The notes under the pieces: generated by a model
What the model saw: the letters and a program-made list of their open reading frames with translations, nothing else
What the model was told of the DNA's origin: nothing
Database searches by the model: none
Program-made: the position numbers and the translations under genes
Assembly (NCBI GenBank): GCA_041752695.1
Contig: JBGSVZ010000101.1
Coordinates: forward strand, 1-64,000
Origin: Terrimicrobiaceae bacterium
GTDB lineage: Bacteria; Verrucomicrobiota; Verrucomicrobiia; Chthoniobacterales; Terrimicrobiaceae
Reading direction: 5' to 3'
Length of the DNA: 64,000 bases
Shown: positions 38,625 through 47,564 of the stretch, piece by piece
Numbering within the stretch: position 1 is the first letter of the stretch
Layout: every line of letters starts with the position of its first letter

Positions 38625-39622
38625 TAATTTGAAATGATGGTGAACGAGTATTCGATTTCGATCCGGCCGTTTTCCAGCATGGGAACGATTTCCTTCGGAA
38701 TCGGAGGGATTTCAGCTTCCATGATCGCCTGCACACTGCAAGCCGCAAAGCTCTCGTTGGAGGAGTTGCTGACCACTTTAATCCGTTCCACCTTGCCGTC
38801 CGGTCGGACGACAAAGCGGACTTCGAGTGTGCCGATGTTTAGGAGGCCAATCTGATCGTTGACGTAATAATACCAGCGGGAGCCGATGGCGTCGGAGAGC
38901 ATTTTTTTGTAGCGGCCGATGGGGGTGGCATTAGCAGCGACGGAGGCTCGCCCGCGGTTGGAAATATTGCCGCGGATGCGGGTGATCCGTTCCTGCGGCT
39001 GGTAGCCGGGGGTGCTGGGCTGGGCGGGTTTCGGCGGAATTTTCTCGGCGGGCTTTTTGGTTTCCGGCTTTGGCTCGGTCTTGGGTTTGGGGGGCTCAAG
39101 AAGCGCGATTTGGGCAATGGGCTTGGGGGTGGGAACCGCCTCGGCCTTTTCGACCTTGGGTTCGGGCGGGGCGGTTTCCTGCTCGGGCTGGGGTGGTGGA
39201 GCGGCGGGCCTGGGTTCACGCCCGGCGGTGTAGTTCCGGTTTTCGAAACTGATGCCGGGGGCGGTTTCCCCGTCCATCGTGGGGAGCGGCGCATCGCCGG
39301 AGGCAGGAAGAGCGGAGGCGGCGGCAGTGTCCTTGTCGGATTCGAAGGCCGGATTCTCTGGGGGTTTGTCCACGCGCTGCGTCTCGTTGGTGGCGATGTA
39401 TTCCGGCGCGGTCTTGGGTTTGGGCGGAGGCGCGTCCATCAGCGTGATCTCGACGGGAGTCTCATCAGAGGGCTCGGGTGGAGGAATCTCAGGACGAAAA
39501 CCCAGCAGGACCGCGATGAGAAGAATGAGCAGCAGGTGAAGGAGCACCGAGATGCCGGCAGCGACCGCGGTCTTTTTGCGCTCGTTGAGACGGCCGCCGG
39601 ATATCAGGGCGAAAGAACTCAT
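38624..39622 (-). CDS. TonB/TolA-like energy transducer
   Basis: N-terminal TM SVLLHLL, Pro/Lys-rich linker, C-terminal alpha/beta domain (RFVVRPDGKV); upstream of exbBD. Confidence 0.85.
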   Translation of the reverse strand: MSSFALISGGRLNERKKTAVAAGISVLLHLLLILLIAVLLGFRPEIPPPEPSDETPVEITLMDAPPPKPKTAPEYIATNETQRVDKPPENPAFESDKDTAAASALPASGDAPLPTMDGETAPGISFENRNYTAGREPRPAAPPPQPEQETAPPEPKVEKAEAVPTPKPIAQIALLEPPKPKTEPKPETKKPAEKIPPKPAQPSTPGYQPQERITRIRGNISNRGRASVAANATPIGRYKKMLSDAIGSRWYYYVNDQIGLLNIGTLEVRFVVRPDGKVERIKVVSNSSNESFAACSVQAIMEAEIPPIPKEIVPMLENGRIEIEYSFTIISN

Positions 39623-40464
39623 CCGGGCAGGGTGCGGCTGATCCGGGCGTGATGAAAAAGGTATTGCTGAACGTACCCGGCGTAGGCCCCAAACCGACGG
39701 GCGGAGAAACGTTCCAGTTCGGCCAGCGTTCCCTTGCGTTTGCGCATGGCTTGGAGAATTCGGGCGATCCAGACATCCACCGGGACGGAGTCGAGGCGTT
39801 CGTAGGCGAAAAGCAACACGCAATTCGCCACCTTGCGTCCCACGCCGGGAAGGGTGCAGAGCGCGCCGCGCAATTCGTCGGTGGGGAGAGTGCGGAGGCC
39901 GGCGAGATCGACGTTTCCCGAGGCCACTTCGGCGGCCGTGAGGCGAAGACTTTTTGCGCGAAACCCGAGTCCACAGGTCCGGAGGTCCTCTTCGGTCGCG
40001 GTGGCAAGGATTTCCGGTGTGGGGTAGGCATTAATGGAAGAACCGGAAACGGGCGCACCAAAACGCGCTCGGAGGGCGAGTGACATTTGCCGGATGTGAG
40101 CGACCTGTTTCATCGGTGACGTGATGAATGTGCCGAGGCACTCCCAGAGGGGCTGACGGAGGATGCGTAGCCCGCGGCAAGAGTCCAGTGCCGCGAGGCT
40201 GAAGGGATCCGTGGGAAAGGACGCGTAGATGGCCTCGAGCGGATGGTCGAGCGCGAGGTAGTTGCGCGCCAGCTCGGCTTGATGGGCCGGAACTTGGATC
40301 GTGCCGCCTGTCTGGGAAACCGAAAGCGACACGTCACCGACAAGAACCTGCCAGCCGTTGGCCTCCGGCATCGCATGAAAAATCTGCCCGCTCTGCAAGG
40401 TGCGGGCGAGGTCAAATTCCGGCGCGGGAATCTCCGCCAAGGTCCGCGCTTTTTTCTCAGACAT
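39619..40464 (-). CDS. 8-oxoguanine DNA glycosylase (OGG1-type HhH-GPD)
   Basis: FDL..TL.SGQ.F, GLRILRQ..WE, LPGVGRKVANC and PVDVW. Confidence 0.9.
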   Translation of the reverse strand: MSEKKARTLAEIPAPEFDLARTLQSGQIFHAMPEANGWQVLVGDVSLSVSQTGGTIQVPAHQAELARNYLALDHPLEAIYASFPTDPFSLAALDSCRGLRILRQPLWECLGTFITSPMKQVAHIRQMSLALRARFGAPVSGSSINAYPTPEILATATEEDLRTCGLGFRAKSLRLTAAEVASGNVDLAGLRTLPTDELRGALCTLPGVGRKVANCVLLFAYERLDSVPVDVWIARILQAMRKRKGTLAELERFSARRFGAYAGYVQQYLFHHARISRTLPG

Positions 40465-41818
40465 CGAGGACAGCGGGATCGCCGTAGAGGGTCGAGGTGG
40501 TGGTCGAGGTGATGGCCACGTCGAAGACCTGGCCGATGTGGCGCGGAGCGCCTTCGAAAACCACCACCTTGTTGGTTCTGGTCCGTCCCATCAGGCGGTT
40601 CGGGTTATTTTTGCTCGGCCCCTCGCACAGAATTTCCACCGTCGTGCCGACCAGCGCGTTTAATTTGATTTGAGAATGACGGCTGATCACCTCGAGCAAA
40701 TCCTGATTGCGGGCTTCGCGAATTTCCTCGGGCACTTGTTCCGCCATCGTCGCCGCCGGGGTGTCGCGCCGGGGCGAGTAGCGGAAGACAAAGGCGTGAT
40801 CGAAACCGACGTGGTCCGCCAGTTGTTTCGTGAGTTGGTAGTCTTCCTCCGTCTCGCCCGGAAAACCGACGATGACGTCGGTGGTGAGGGCTACGCCGGG
40901 CCGCGCGGCGCGGAGTTTTTCCACCAGACGCAGATATTTTTCCACCGTGTAGCCCCGGCGCATAATTTTTAAAATGCGATCCGAGCCGCTCTGCAGCGGG
41001 AGATGGACGTGTTCCACCAACTTGGGCAGACGGTCAAAAGCGCCGATGAGATCGTCACGAAATCCAATCGGGTGCGGCGAGGTGAAACGCACGCGCTCAA
41101 TGCCCTCCACTGCACAGGCCGCTTCGATCAGTTGGACAAACGGGCTGAGGCCATCGCGTTTGGGAAATTCGTGGCGCCCGTAGAGATTGACGATTTGCCC
41201 CAGCAGAGTGACCTCGCGCACGCCTTGCGCGGCGAGGCTGTGGATCTCGGTGACAATGTCCTCGATCGACCGGCTGCGTTCCGAACCGCGGGTGTAGGGA
41301 ACGATGCAAAAGGCGCAATGCATGTTGCAGCCCTGCATGATGGAGACAAACGCCGTGGCTTGTTGTCCCTTGAGGACGTGGTCGCGAATGGTGGATTGGG
41401 AGTTGGCCTCCTCATCAGTGTCCACAATGGCAAGGCGTTCGTCGTCGATGCGGGCCTCGAGGCGGCGCAGGAGGAGTTCGTCCACATAGTCGGCAACGCG
41501 GTGAAATTTTTGCGTGCCCGCCACGAGATCCACGCCGGGGGAGGCGACCAGTTCCGCGCCGCGACTTTGTGCCATGCATCCAAGATAGCCAAGGATGAGG
41601 TGGGGACGGGTCTGCCGGAGCTTTTGCAGCATGCCCATTTTCCCAATGGCTTTTTGTTCGGCCATGTCGCGCACGCTGCAGGTGTTGAGCAGGATGACGT
41701 CGGCATCGGTTTCCGAGGAGACCAGGTGATGGCCCCGCGCGACGAGCGAGCGGGCGACGTGTTCGGAGTCGCGCTCGTTCATCTGGCATCCGTAGGTCTT
41801 GATGTAAATGGCCGGCAT
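40457..41818 (-). CDS. miaB: tRNA-2-methylthio-N6-dimethylallyladenosine synthase
   Basis: TYGCQMNERDS, NTCSVR, GCNMHCAFC and a C-terminal TRAM domain. Confidence 0.96.
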   Translation of the reverse strand: MPAIYIKTYGCQMNERDSEHVARSLVARGHHLVSSETDADVILLNTCSVRDMAEQKAIGKMGMLQKLRQTRPHLILGYLGCMAQSRGAELVASPGVDLVAGTQKFHRVADYVDELLLRRLEARIDDERLAIVDTDEEANSQSTIRDHVLKGQQATAFVSIMQGCNMHCAFCIVPYTRGSERSRSIEDIVTEIHSLAAQGVREVTLLGQIVNLYGRHEFPKRDGLSPFVQLIEAACAVEGIERVRFTSPHPIGFRDDLIGAFDRLPKLVEHVHLPLQSGSDRILKIMRRGYTVEKYLRLVEKLRAARPGVALTTDVIVGFPGETEEDYQLTKQLADHVGFDHAFVFRYSPRRDTPAATMAEQVPEEIREARNQDLLEVISRHSQIKLNALVGTTVEILCEGPSKNNPNRLMGRTRTNKVVVFEGAPRHIGQVFDVAITSTTTSTLYGDPAVLDV

Positions 41819-41926
41819 GAAACGAATGGGCAAGTGTAGCGGGTTCCCGGGAAAGTTCCAGCCCCTTGACGCGGGACCACATGACGGATTGCAGATGTCC
41901 GCACCGTGTGCTTTGTTTCGCGCCGC

Positions 41927-42562
41927 ATGCCGCCGGATTCTGAGATTCCACCCGACGAAAAGCTTTCCGAAGCCCTCAGGCGACTTCTGCAGGAGGCCGG
42001 GGGCCGCCCCATGAAGATTCGCGAGATGATCGAGGTCCTGCGGGGTCGCGGTCTGCAGATGATCATCGTGCTGCTTTGCCTGCCCTTTCTTTCGCCCGTG
42101 ACCATCCCAGGCATTTCCATTCCGTTCGGACTGGCCATCGCGCTCTGCGGGCTGCGCATTGGCTTTGGTCACAAACCCTGGCTACCCGGATTCATTCTCG
42201 AACGCAGCCTGTCCTACCACGCCTTGGAAAAAATGGTCCATGCCGGGTGTAAAATTTATGGACGGCTGGAAAAAATCATTCGTCCGCGGCTCTCGTTTTT
42301 TCTTGTGGGCCCCGGGATGCCGATGCTGGTCGGACTGGCGATTGCGGTGGCGGGGGGCTTGCTCAGCCTGCCCATTCCGCCGCCTTTCATCCTCACCAAT
42401 ACCATCCCCGGACTCGCCATCATTCTCTTGGCGCTTGGCCTGATGGAGCGCGATGGGGTGCTGATTGTTCTCGGCTACGTCCTTGTGGTGATCGGCCTGG
42501 TTTACGTGGTGCTCATCGCCGTGCTCGGCAAGGAGCTCTGGCGATTCCTGACCGGCGGGTAG
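41927..42562 (+). CDS. ExoD family exopolysaccharide synthesis membrane protein
   Basis: LCLPF..P..IPG.S.PFG, PWLP, NTIPG and ERDG. Confidence 0.85.
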   Translation: MPPDSEIPPDEKLSEALRRLLQEAGGRPMKIREMIEVLRGRGLQMIIVLLCLPFLSPVTIPGISIPFGLAIALCGLRIGFGHKPWLPGFILERSLSYHALEKMVHAGCKIYGRLEKIIRPRLSFFLVGPGMPMLVGLAIAVAGGLLSLPIPPPFILTNTIPGLAIILLALGLMERDGVLIVLGYVLVVIGLVYVVLIAVLGKELWRFLTGG

Positions 42563-42571
42563 GGACGCGTT

Positions 42572-42591
42572 GGAGTCCAGCCTTCAGGCTG
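42572..42591 (+). repeat. GGAG-type REP element
   Basis: GGAGTCCAGCCTTCAGGCTG between convergent genes. Confidence 0.85.
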
Positions 42592-42611
42592 TCCGGCCGG
42601 CCGCCCACTTT

Positions 42612-43592
42612 CTAACCACAACCATTCTTATCGAGAACCATTTTCCGCAGTCGCGAGTCGGACTCGCGGATGGGGTAAACCTTCGCCGGCATGATCTCCT
42701 CGCTGAAGTCCGTGCGGCAGACGCCGCTGTAGCCGATCATGAGTTGAAAGCGCGGTTTTACGGAATTCCGGCTGCCGAAATGCAGACAGCCCGATGATTC
42801 GATAAACAGGACTTTGCCGCGCTTCCCCGTGAACTCGATGACAGCCTTCGGGTCCACCACGGAATACACATCCTCGTCGCTCATCCGGTAGCCGCGCTTG
42901 GGGGTCCAGTAGTCGAGGCGCGCCTTGGCTTCCATGGAAATGGACCGCGGCAGAAACGTCCAGGGCCCGTTTTCCTTGGTCGTATCCTCCAGCAGCACGA
43001 GCACGTAAACATTAGGCAGAGAGTAATAATCTATGTGGAAAAGCTGGCTGTCGTGCGGGGTATCCGGCTGGTCGTCGTAGGCGGCATTGGATTCCACGAA
43101 GCGGATGCCTGAGGGCAAGGTGGTGGTGAGAGCCGGGATGCATTCGAGGTACTCGGCCACGGGCGCAATAACGTCGCTGGACGTCACAAAATCCAGAAAG
43201 GCCGGATACGTTTCGAGGTCGGCCGGGGTCCAGATATCCTGAAAATAACTGCGGTAGGTTCCGGTGGAGGATTTACGGACCCCTGCGCGCTCGGCGATGA
43301 TTTTTTCCGAATCCGCCAGCACGCGGTCAAGGTGCGGCAGGGAGAGCGAGTCGTCCATCGCCCAGCCGTCCTTGATCTGGATGCGCGGCCGGGTGGGGGA
43401 GCCGTTTTCTTCGAGTAAAGCGTCGAAATGCTCGCGATACAGGGTTCGCCGCAAGGCGTCCTGCCTGCCGAATTTGATTTTGTTGTACGTGTGGGCCAGT
43501 TGCATCGTGTTGGCGATGCCGAGGTGGGCCATGTGATTTTCGTGCAGCCGCTTCGCGACCGGTTGAAAGAGGGAATCAAAGGTGGAACTCAC
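42612..43592 (-). CDS. PhyH-like Fe(II)/2-oxoglutarate dioxygenase
   Basis: HxD (FHIDY), L.D...NGP, distal His (CLHFG) and downstream Arg; start uncertain (GTG 43592 or ATG 43532). Confidence 0.75.
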   Translation of the reverse strand: MSSTFDSLFQPVAKRLHENHMAHLGIANTMQLAHTYNKIKFGRQDALRRTLYREHFDALLEENGSPTRPRIQIKDGWAMDDSLSLPHLDRVLADSEKIIAERAGVRKSSTGTYRSYFQDIWTPADLETYPAFLDFVTSSDVIAPVAEYLECIPALTTTLPSGIRFVESNAAYDDQPDTPHDSQLFHIDYYSLPNVYVLVLLEDTTKENGPWTFLPRSISMEAKARLDYWTPKRGYRMSDEDVYSVVDPKAVIEFTGKRGKVLFIESSGCLHFGSRNSVKPRFQLMIGYSGVCRTDFSEEIMPAKVYPIRESDSRLRKMVLDKNGCG

Positions 43593-43641
43593 GGCGATGG
43601 GAGGTTGGTGGCATGGGAGGATATCGGCGGGAAAGGAAGGG

Positions 43642-44517
43642 TCAAGCCGTCCGGCGGGCGACGAGGCAGGCATGGGTAGCGTCCTTCGGGATGGCTTTAC
43701 CCTGAATGTCGCGATTTCTGGGGTTGGAGGAAAAAATGAGGGCAAAGTCTTCCTTGTGAAACCCCGCTTTGTCGAAAAGCGCGGTAAACTCCCCTTCGGA
43801 AATCGCGTAGGTGCGGGAGTTTTTGGTGTAGGCAGCGGTGCGGTGGAGGATTTGCTCCTGCTCCCCGGGGGACGCCGGATGCAGGTCGGCCATGCGTTCG
43901 GCGACCACGTGGGCTAATGTCCGTCCGGCATCCGAGGAAAAAGAGATCTCCCTGGGAACACCTGCCGGCCGCACGCGATTCACCGCAATGGCGGTGCCGC
44001 CAGGGCGCAGAAGCGAGTGCCATTTTTCGACGAGGGCGGGGCGGAGTTCGGGCACGAATTGTCCCATAAACGAATGACTGCAGATGACATCGAAGGGTTC
44101 GTCGGGCTGAAAATCCAGGATGTTCCCACGCACCGTTTGAATCTTGCAGTGGCAGCGTTCCGCATACCAGGAATTGAAATGCAGGGGCGTGGGGCAGAGG
44201 TCCAGCACGGTGAGGGCTGGCTCGAAGCCACTTTCGCGGCAGGCCCAGAGGGCATGAGCAAGGATCGAATAGTCCGCGGCGCCGGATATCAACACGCGCG
44301 GACACGCGTGGCGCAGGCCGAGCTTTTGGAAGGCGTTGAGATAAAACTCCGCCTGATGTTCGGGCGAGGCGGCGAGCCCAATCACGCGCAGATCCTGCCA
44401 AAGACCGTGATACCACGAACAGTCCTCGCCGGAGCTCGGGTCTCTCCGGCAGAGCCCTTCCGCCATCCGCCTGGCCATCGGCGCGCTCAAGTTTAGAGGT
44501 TCCTCGGGACGGTTCAT
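43642..44517 (-). CDS. Class I SAM-dependent methyltransferase
   Basis: VLISGAAD, VLDL, FDVICSH and LLRPGG; start MNRPEE at an ATGA overlap. Confidence 0.8.
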   Translation of the reverse strand: MNRPEEPLNLSAPMARRMAEGLCRRDPSSGEDCSWYHGLWQDLRVIGLAASPEHQAEFYLNAFQKLGLRHACPRVLISGAADYSILAHALWACRESGFEPALTVLDLCPTPLHFNSWYAERCHCKIQTVRGNILDFQPDEPFDVICSHSFMGQFVPELRPALVEKWHSLLRPGGTAIAVNRVRPAGVPREISFSSDAGRTLAHVVAERMADLHPASPGEQEQILHRTAAYTKNSRTYAISEGEFTALFDKAGFHKEDFALIFSSNPRNRDIQGKAIPKDATHACLVARRTA

Positions 44518-46394
44518 GAGCTGATGGTTCCGTAAACCGCTTGCGGGCGGGAGTAAAACTCCAGATCCCACCGACCGTGTTCCGGCGGGCCGAGGCCGGA
44601 GGATTTCCAGCCGAGAAAAGGAGCCTCGGGGTCCACGGGATGGCGAGCGGGATTGATCCGGAGGATGCCGGCCTCGGCCATTTCGAGGAACCGCGATTGG
44701 ATGACCGGATCGCGGGAAAACACACTCGCGACGAGGCCCTGCTCGACCCCATTGCACAAGGAGATGGCGTGAGCGAAGTCCTCCGCCGGTAAAACGACCG
44801 CGACGGGTCCGAAGGTTTCTTCCCGCACGATGGGGGCGTTTGGGTCGCTTGCGGCAATCAGGGTGGGGGAAAACCAAGCCCCGACGAGACCAAGCGGAGC
44901 GGATCCTCCGCAAAGCAACGTCCCGCCTCCGGCCGCGAGGGCGTTTTTGACGACGGCGGCAACCCGTTCGCAATGCTCTCGCGAGATGAGTGGTCCGATC
45001 TGGGTGGCGGGATCGTGCGGATCTCCGAGGACAAGATTCTGGATCTCGGCGACAAGCATCGCCTGAAACACCGCGCCGACGGATTTCTCCACAATGATGC
45101 GGCGCGTGGCGGTGCAGCGTTGTCCGGCGAAGCCGAAGGCCGAAAGCGCGATCGAACGCGCGGCAAGTTCGAGGTCGGCATCCGCCAGCACCAGGGCCGC
45201 ATTGTTGCCGCCGAGTTCCGCCTGCAGAGGGATTCTCCGGACATGGCAAAAAGCGGCCACGGCCGCGCCCGCGCAGTTCGAGCCGGTGAACGAGACTGCG
45301 GCTATGCCGGGCTGGGCGAGAAGTTCGTGAGCGGCTGTCTGTCCTCCCGAAATGACCTCCACCAAACCGGGAGGAAAGGCGGCGGCTTCGAGCAGGGCCT
45401 GCGCGGCGCGAGGCGCGGTCGGGGAGGGTTTCCAGACCACGGTGTTTCCGAGAGCCAGCGCCGGGGCGATTTTTCCTGCCGGGATGGCGAGGGGATTGTT
45501 CCAGGGGGTGATCAGCGCGACGGTTCCCACCGGACGGTGGCGGACGCAAACGCCGTTCGAGGGAGCAGCTTCGTTTTTCGCCGCGGATTCCGCCAGGTTT
45601 ATGGCGCAAACGATATGGGCTACGGCACGGTCCACTTCCTCGGCAGAGTCAGTGAGCGGTTTGCCAATTTCCCTGGCGATTAGACGAGAAAGGTTTGCGC
45701 GTTCGTTTTTCAGCCGATCCGCCCAGGCGCGTAGCAAGGCGGTCCGCTGGCAAAGCGGGGTTTTTGCCCAGCCGGTCTGGGTTTCTCGGGCCGCCCGCGT
45801 TTTTTCGGCGATGCCTTCCGCGTCAGGTCCTGCCGGAACGCTCCACCCGAATTCCGCGTAGAGCTTGTAGGAGGAGACAAAGCGCATTTCCCTCGCGTCC
45901 ATCCACTGCCGCGAAAGCTCGGCGTGGGCGGGTTCGGGCGACGCCACGGCGTCCGCGGCGATTCGCACCTGATAACCGAGAGTGTAGGCATCGAGCGCGG
46001 TGGCCCGGATGCAGGCGTGGGTGTAAAGGCCCGCCAGAACGACGGTGTGGATCCCCTGAGCCGAGAGGGTTTCGTGCAGTGCCCCGGACTCGAAACCGCT
46101 GAAAAAGGTCTTCTTTACCACAAGCTCGCCGTCCCGCGGCGAAAGCGACGTAGGCGGCAATGCGCCCGGCGTGCCTTCGACGCAGGTCTGGTGATCGCGG
46201 GATTTCCAATGCCGCATCGCATCCGATCCGTCCGGCCCCACCAAGGTCTGAACGTGAATCACCGCCTGGCCGTTCTTGCGAAAACTGGTCAGCAATTTTT
46301 CCAGCCGGGGGACGAGTTCGCCCAGTGCGGGACTGAGTCCCGGACGGGCTAGATAATCCTGCTGAACGTCAACCAGCAGCAGCGCGGGCTTCAT
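44514..46394 (-). CDS. Isochorismatase-family cysteine hydrolase fused to aldehyde dehydrogenase
   Basis: Hydrolase D-K-C triad (LVDVQ, VKK.FSGF, THAC); ALDH ITPWN, WKPS, FTGS, ELGG, GQRC and EETFGP. Confidence 0.88.
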   Translation of the reverse strand: MKPALLLVDVQQDYLARPGLSPALGELVPRLEKLLTSFRKNGQAVIHVQTLVGPDGSDAMRHWKSRDHQTCVEGTPGALPPTSLSPRDGELVVKKTFFSGFESGALHETLSAQGIHTVVLAGLYTHACIRATALDAYTLGYQVRIAADAVASPEPAHAELSRQWMDAREMRFVSSYKLYAEFGWSVPAGPDAEGIAEKTRAARETQTGWAKTPLCQRTALLRAWADRLKNERANLSRLIAREIGKPLTDSAEEVDRAVAHIVCAINLAESAAKNEAAPSNGVCVRHRPVGTVALITPWNNPLAIPAGKIAPALALGNTVVWKPSPTAPRAAQALLEAAAFPPGLVEVISGGQTAAHELLAQPGIAAVSFTGSNCAGAAVAAFCHVRRIPLQAELGGNNAALVLADADLELAARSIALSAFGFAGQRCTATRRIIVEKSVGAVFQAMLVAEIQNLVLGDPHDPATQIGPLISREHCERVAAVVKNALAAGGGTLLCGGSAPLGLVGAWFSPTLIAASDPNAPIVREETFGPVAVVLPAEDFAHAISLCNGVEQGLVASVFSRDPVIQSRFLEMAEAGILRINPARHPVDPEAPFLGWKSSGLGPPEHGRWDLEFYSRPQAVYGTISS

Positions 46395-47539
46395 GCCCGG
46401 AGAGGTTCGGTGGAGAGGAGCTTTTCCAGATTCCGGCCGATGCACGCTCCCATTTCGCGCGTTCCGACAACGCGACTTCCGGGCTCGGCGACATCCGGCG
46501 TTCGCCAGTTTTCGCGGAGCGTCGTTTCCACGGCTTCTTCGATCGCGGCGGCCAGCGACAGGTCTCCGAAACCTTCGCGCATCAACATGGCCAGCGAGAG
46601 GATCTGCCCGATGGGATTGGCCTGGCCGGTGCCGGCGAGGTCATGCGCCGCGCCATGGCCGGTCTGAAACACGCACCGGCCCGCCTCGCCGAAATTTCCC
46701 GAGAATGACAAGCCGCGAGAACCCAGCAGCAGGCTTGCGCCATCGGAAAGAATGTCGCCAAAGGTGTTCGGTGCCGCCACCACGTCGAAGCGCGCCGGGT
46801 CGGCGATCATTTGATAAATCGCGTTGTCCACCTCAAGAATCTCACAGGCGACGGAGGAGGTTTCGGAAAGCTCGGTCAGGATCTGTTTCCAAAGGGTGCT
46901 GATGGCGGGAATGCCTCCCGGTTTTAACACCACGCAGAGACGGCCGTCCCGCATCTCCGCGAGACGCATTGCGGTGAGGAGGATACGCTGAATGTGCGTC
47001 TCCGAATACCCGAAGGTGTGCTTCGCGATTCGTTCCGGCTTGTCCCCCACGGTGCTCTCTCCAAAATACAAGCCGGCGATGTTTTCCCGCACTACGACGA
47101 TGTCCGTGGCGTCCACCACGTGGGGTTTCAACACGCCGGCATTGCGCAGGGCGGCGGCGGGACGGATCGGGGTGAATTTACAATAGAGATCAAATTCCGC
47201 GCGTAGGTCGTAGACAAATCGCCCCCCGCCCGGACCGCAAAGAACCGCGCCATGGGCCGCAAAAATGGACGCACAGAAATCCACCACCTCCGGGGTCAGG
47301 GCGCAGCCGGATTCCGCCACGGCAGGCAGGCCGATTTTGCCGCCTTCCCGGATTTCAAACTGCCGGCCAGTGGTCCCGGTGATGACATTCAGCACATCCA
47401 GCGCGGCAGAAATAATTTCCGGTCCGATGCCCTCGCCGGGCAAAACGCCGATTACGGCCGGGCTGCTCTCCGGGGAGTGGTCGGCCCACTCCGGCAGAGC
47501 GGAAACGAGCCGCAGATTGCGGGGGGATGGGACAGGCAT
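46391..47539 (-). CDS. Isocitrate/isopropylmalate dehydrogenase family protein (divergent)
   Basis: LPGEGIGPEI, VRENIAGLYFG, VDN, FGDILSD, HGAAHDLAG and ANP. Confidence 0.88.
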   Translation of the reverse strand: MPVPSPRNLRLVSALPEWADHSPESSPAVIGVLPGEGIGPEIISAALDVLNVITGTTGRQFEIREGGKIGLPAVAESGCALTPEVVDFCASIFAAHGAVLCGPGGGRFVYDLRAEFDLYCKFTPIRPAAALRNAGVLKPHVVDATDIVVVRENIAGLYFGESTVGDKPERIAKHTFGYSETHIQRILLTAMRLAEMRDGRLCVVLKPGGIPAISTLWKQILTELSETSSVACEILEVDNAIYQMIADPARFDVVAAPNTFGDILSDGASLLLGSRGLSFSGNFGEAGRCVFQTGHGAAHDLAGTGQANPIGQILSLAMLMREGFGDLSLAAAIEEAVETTLRENWRTPDVAEPGSRVVGTREMGACIGRNLEKLLSTEPLRA

Positions 47540-47564
47540 CAAATCGTTCAAAACTGCGGACGAG

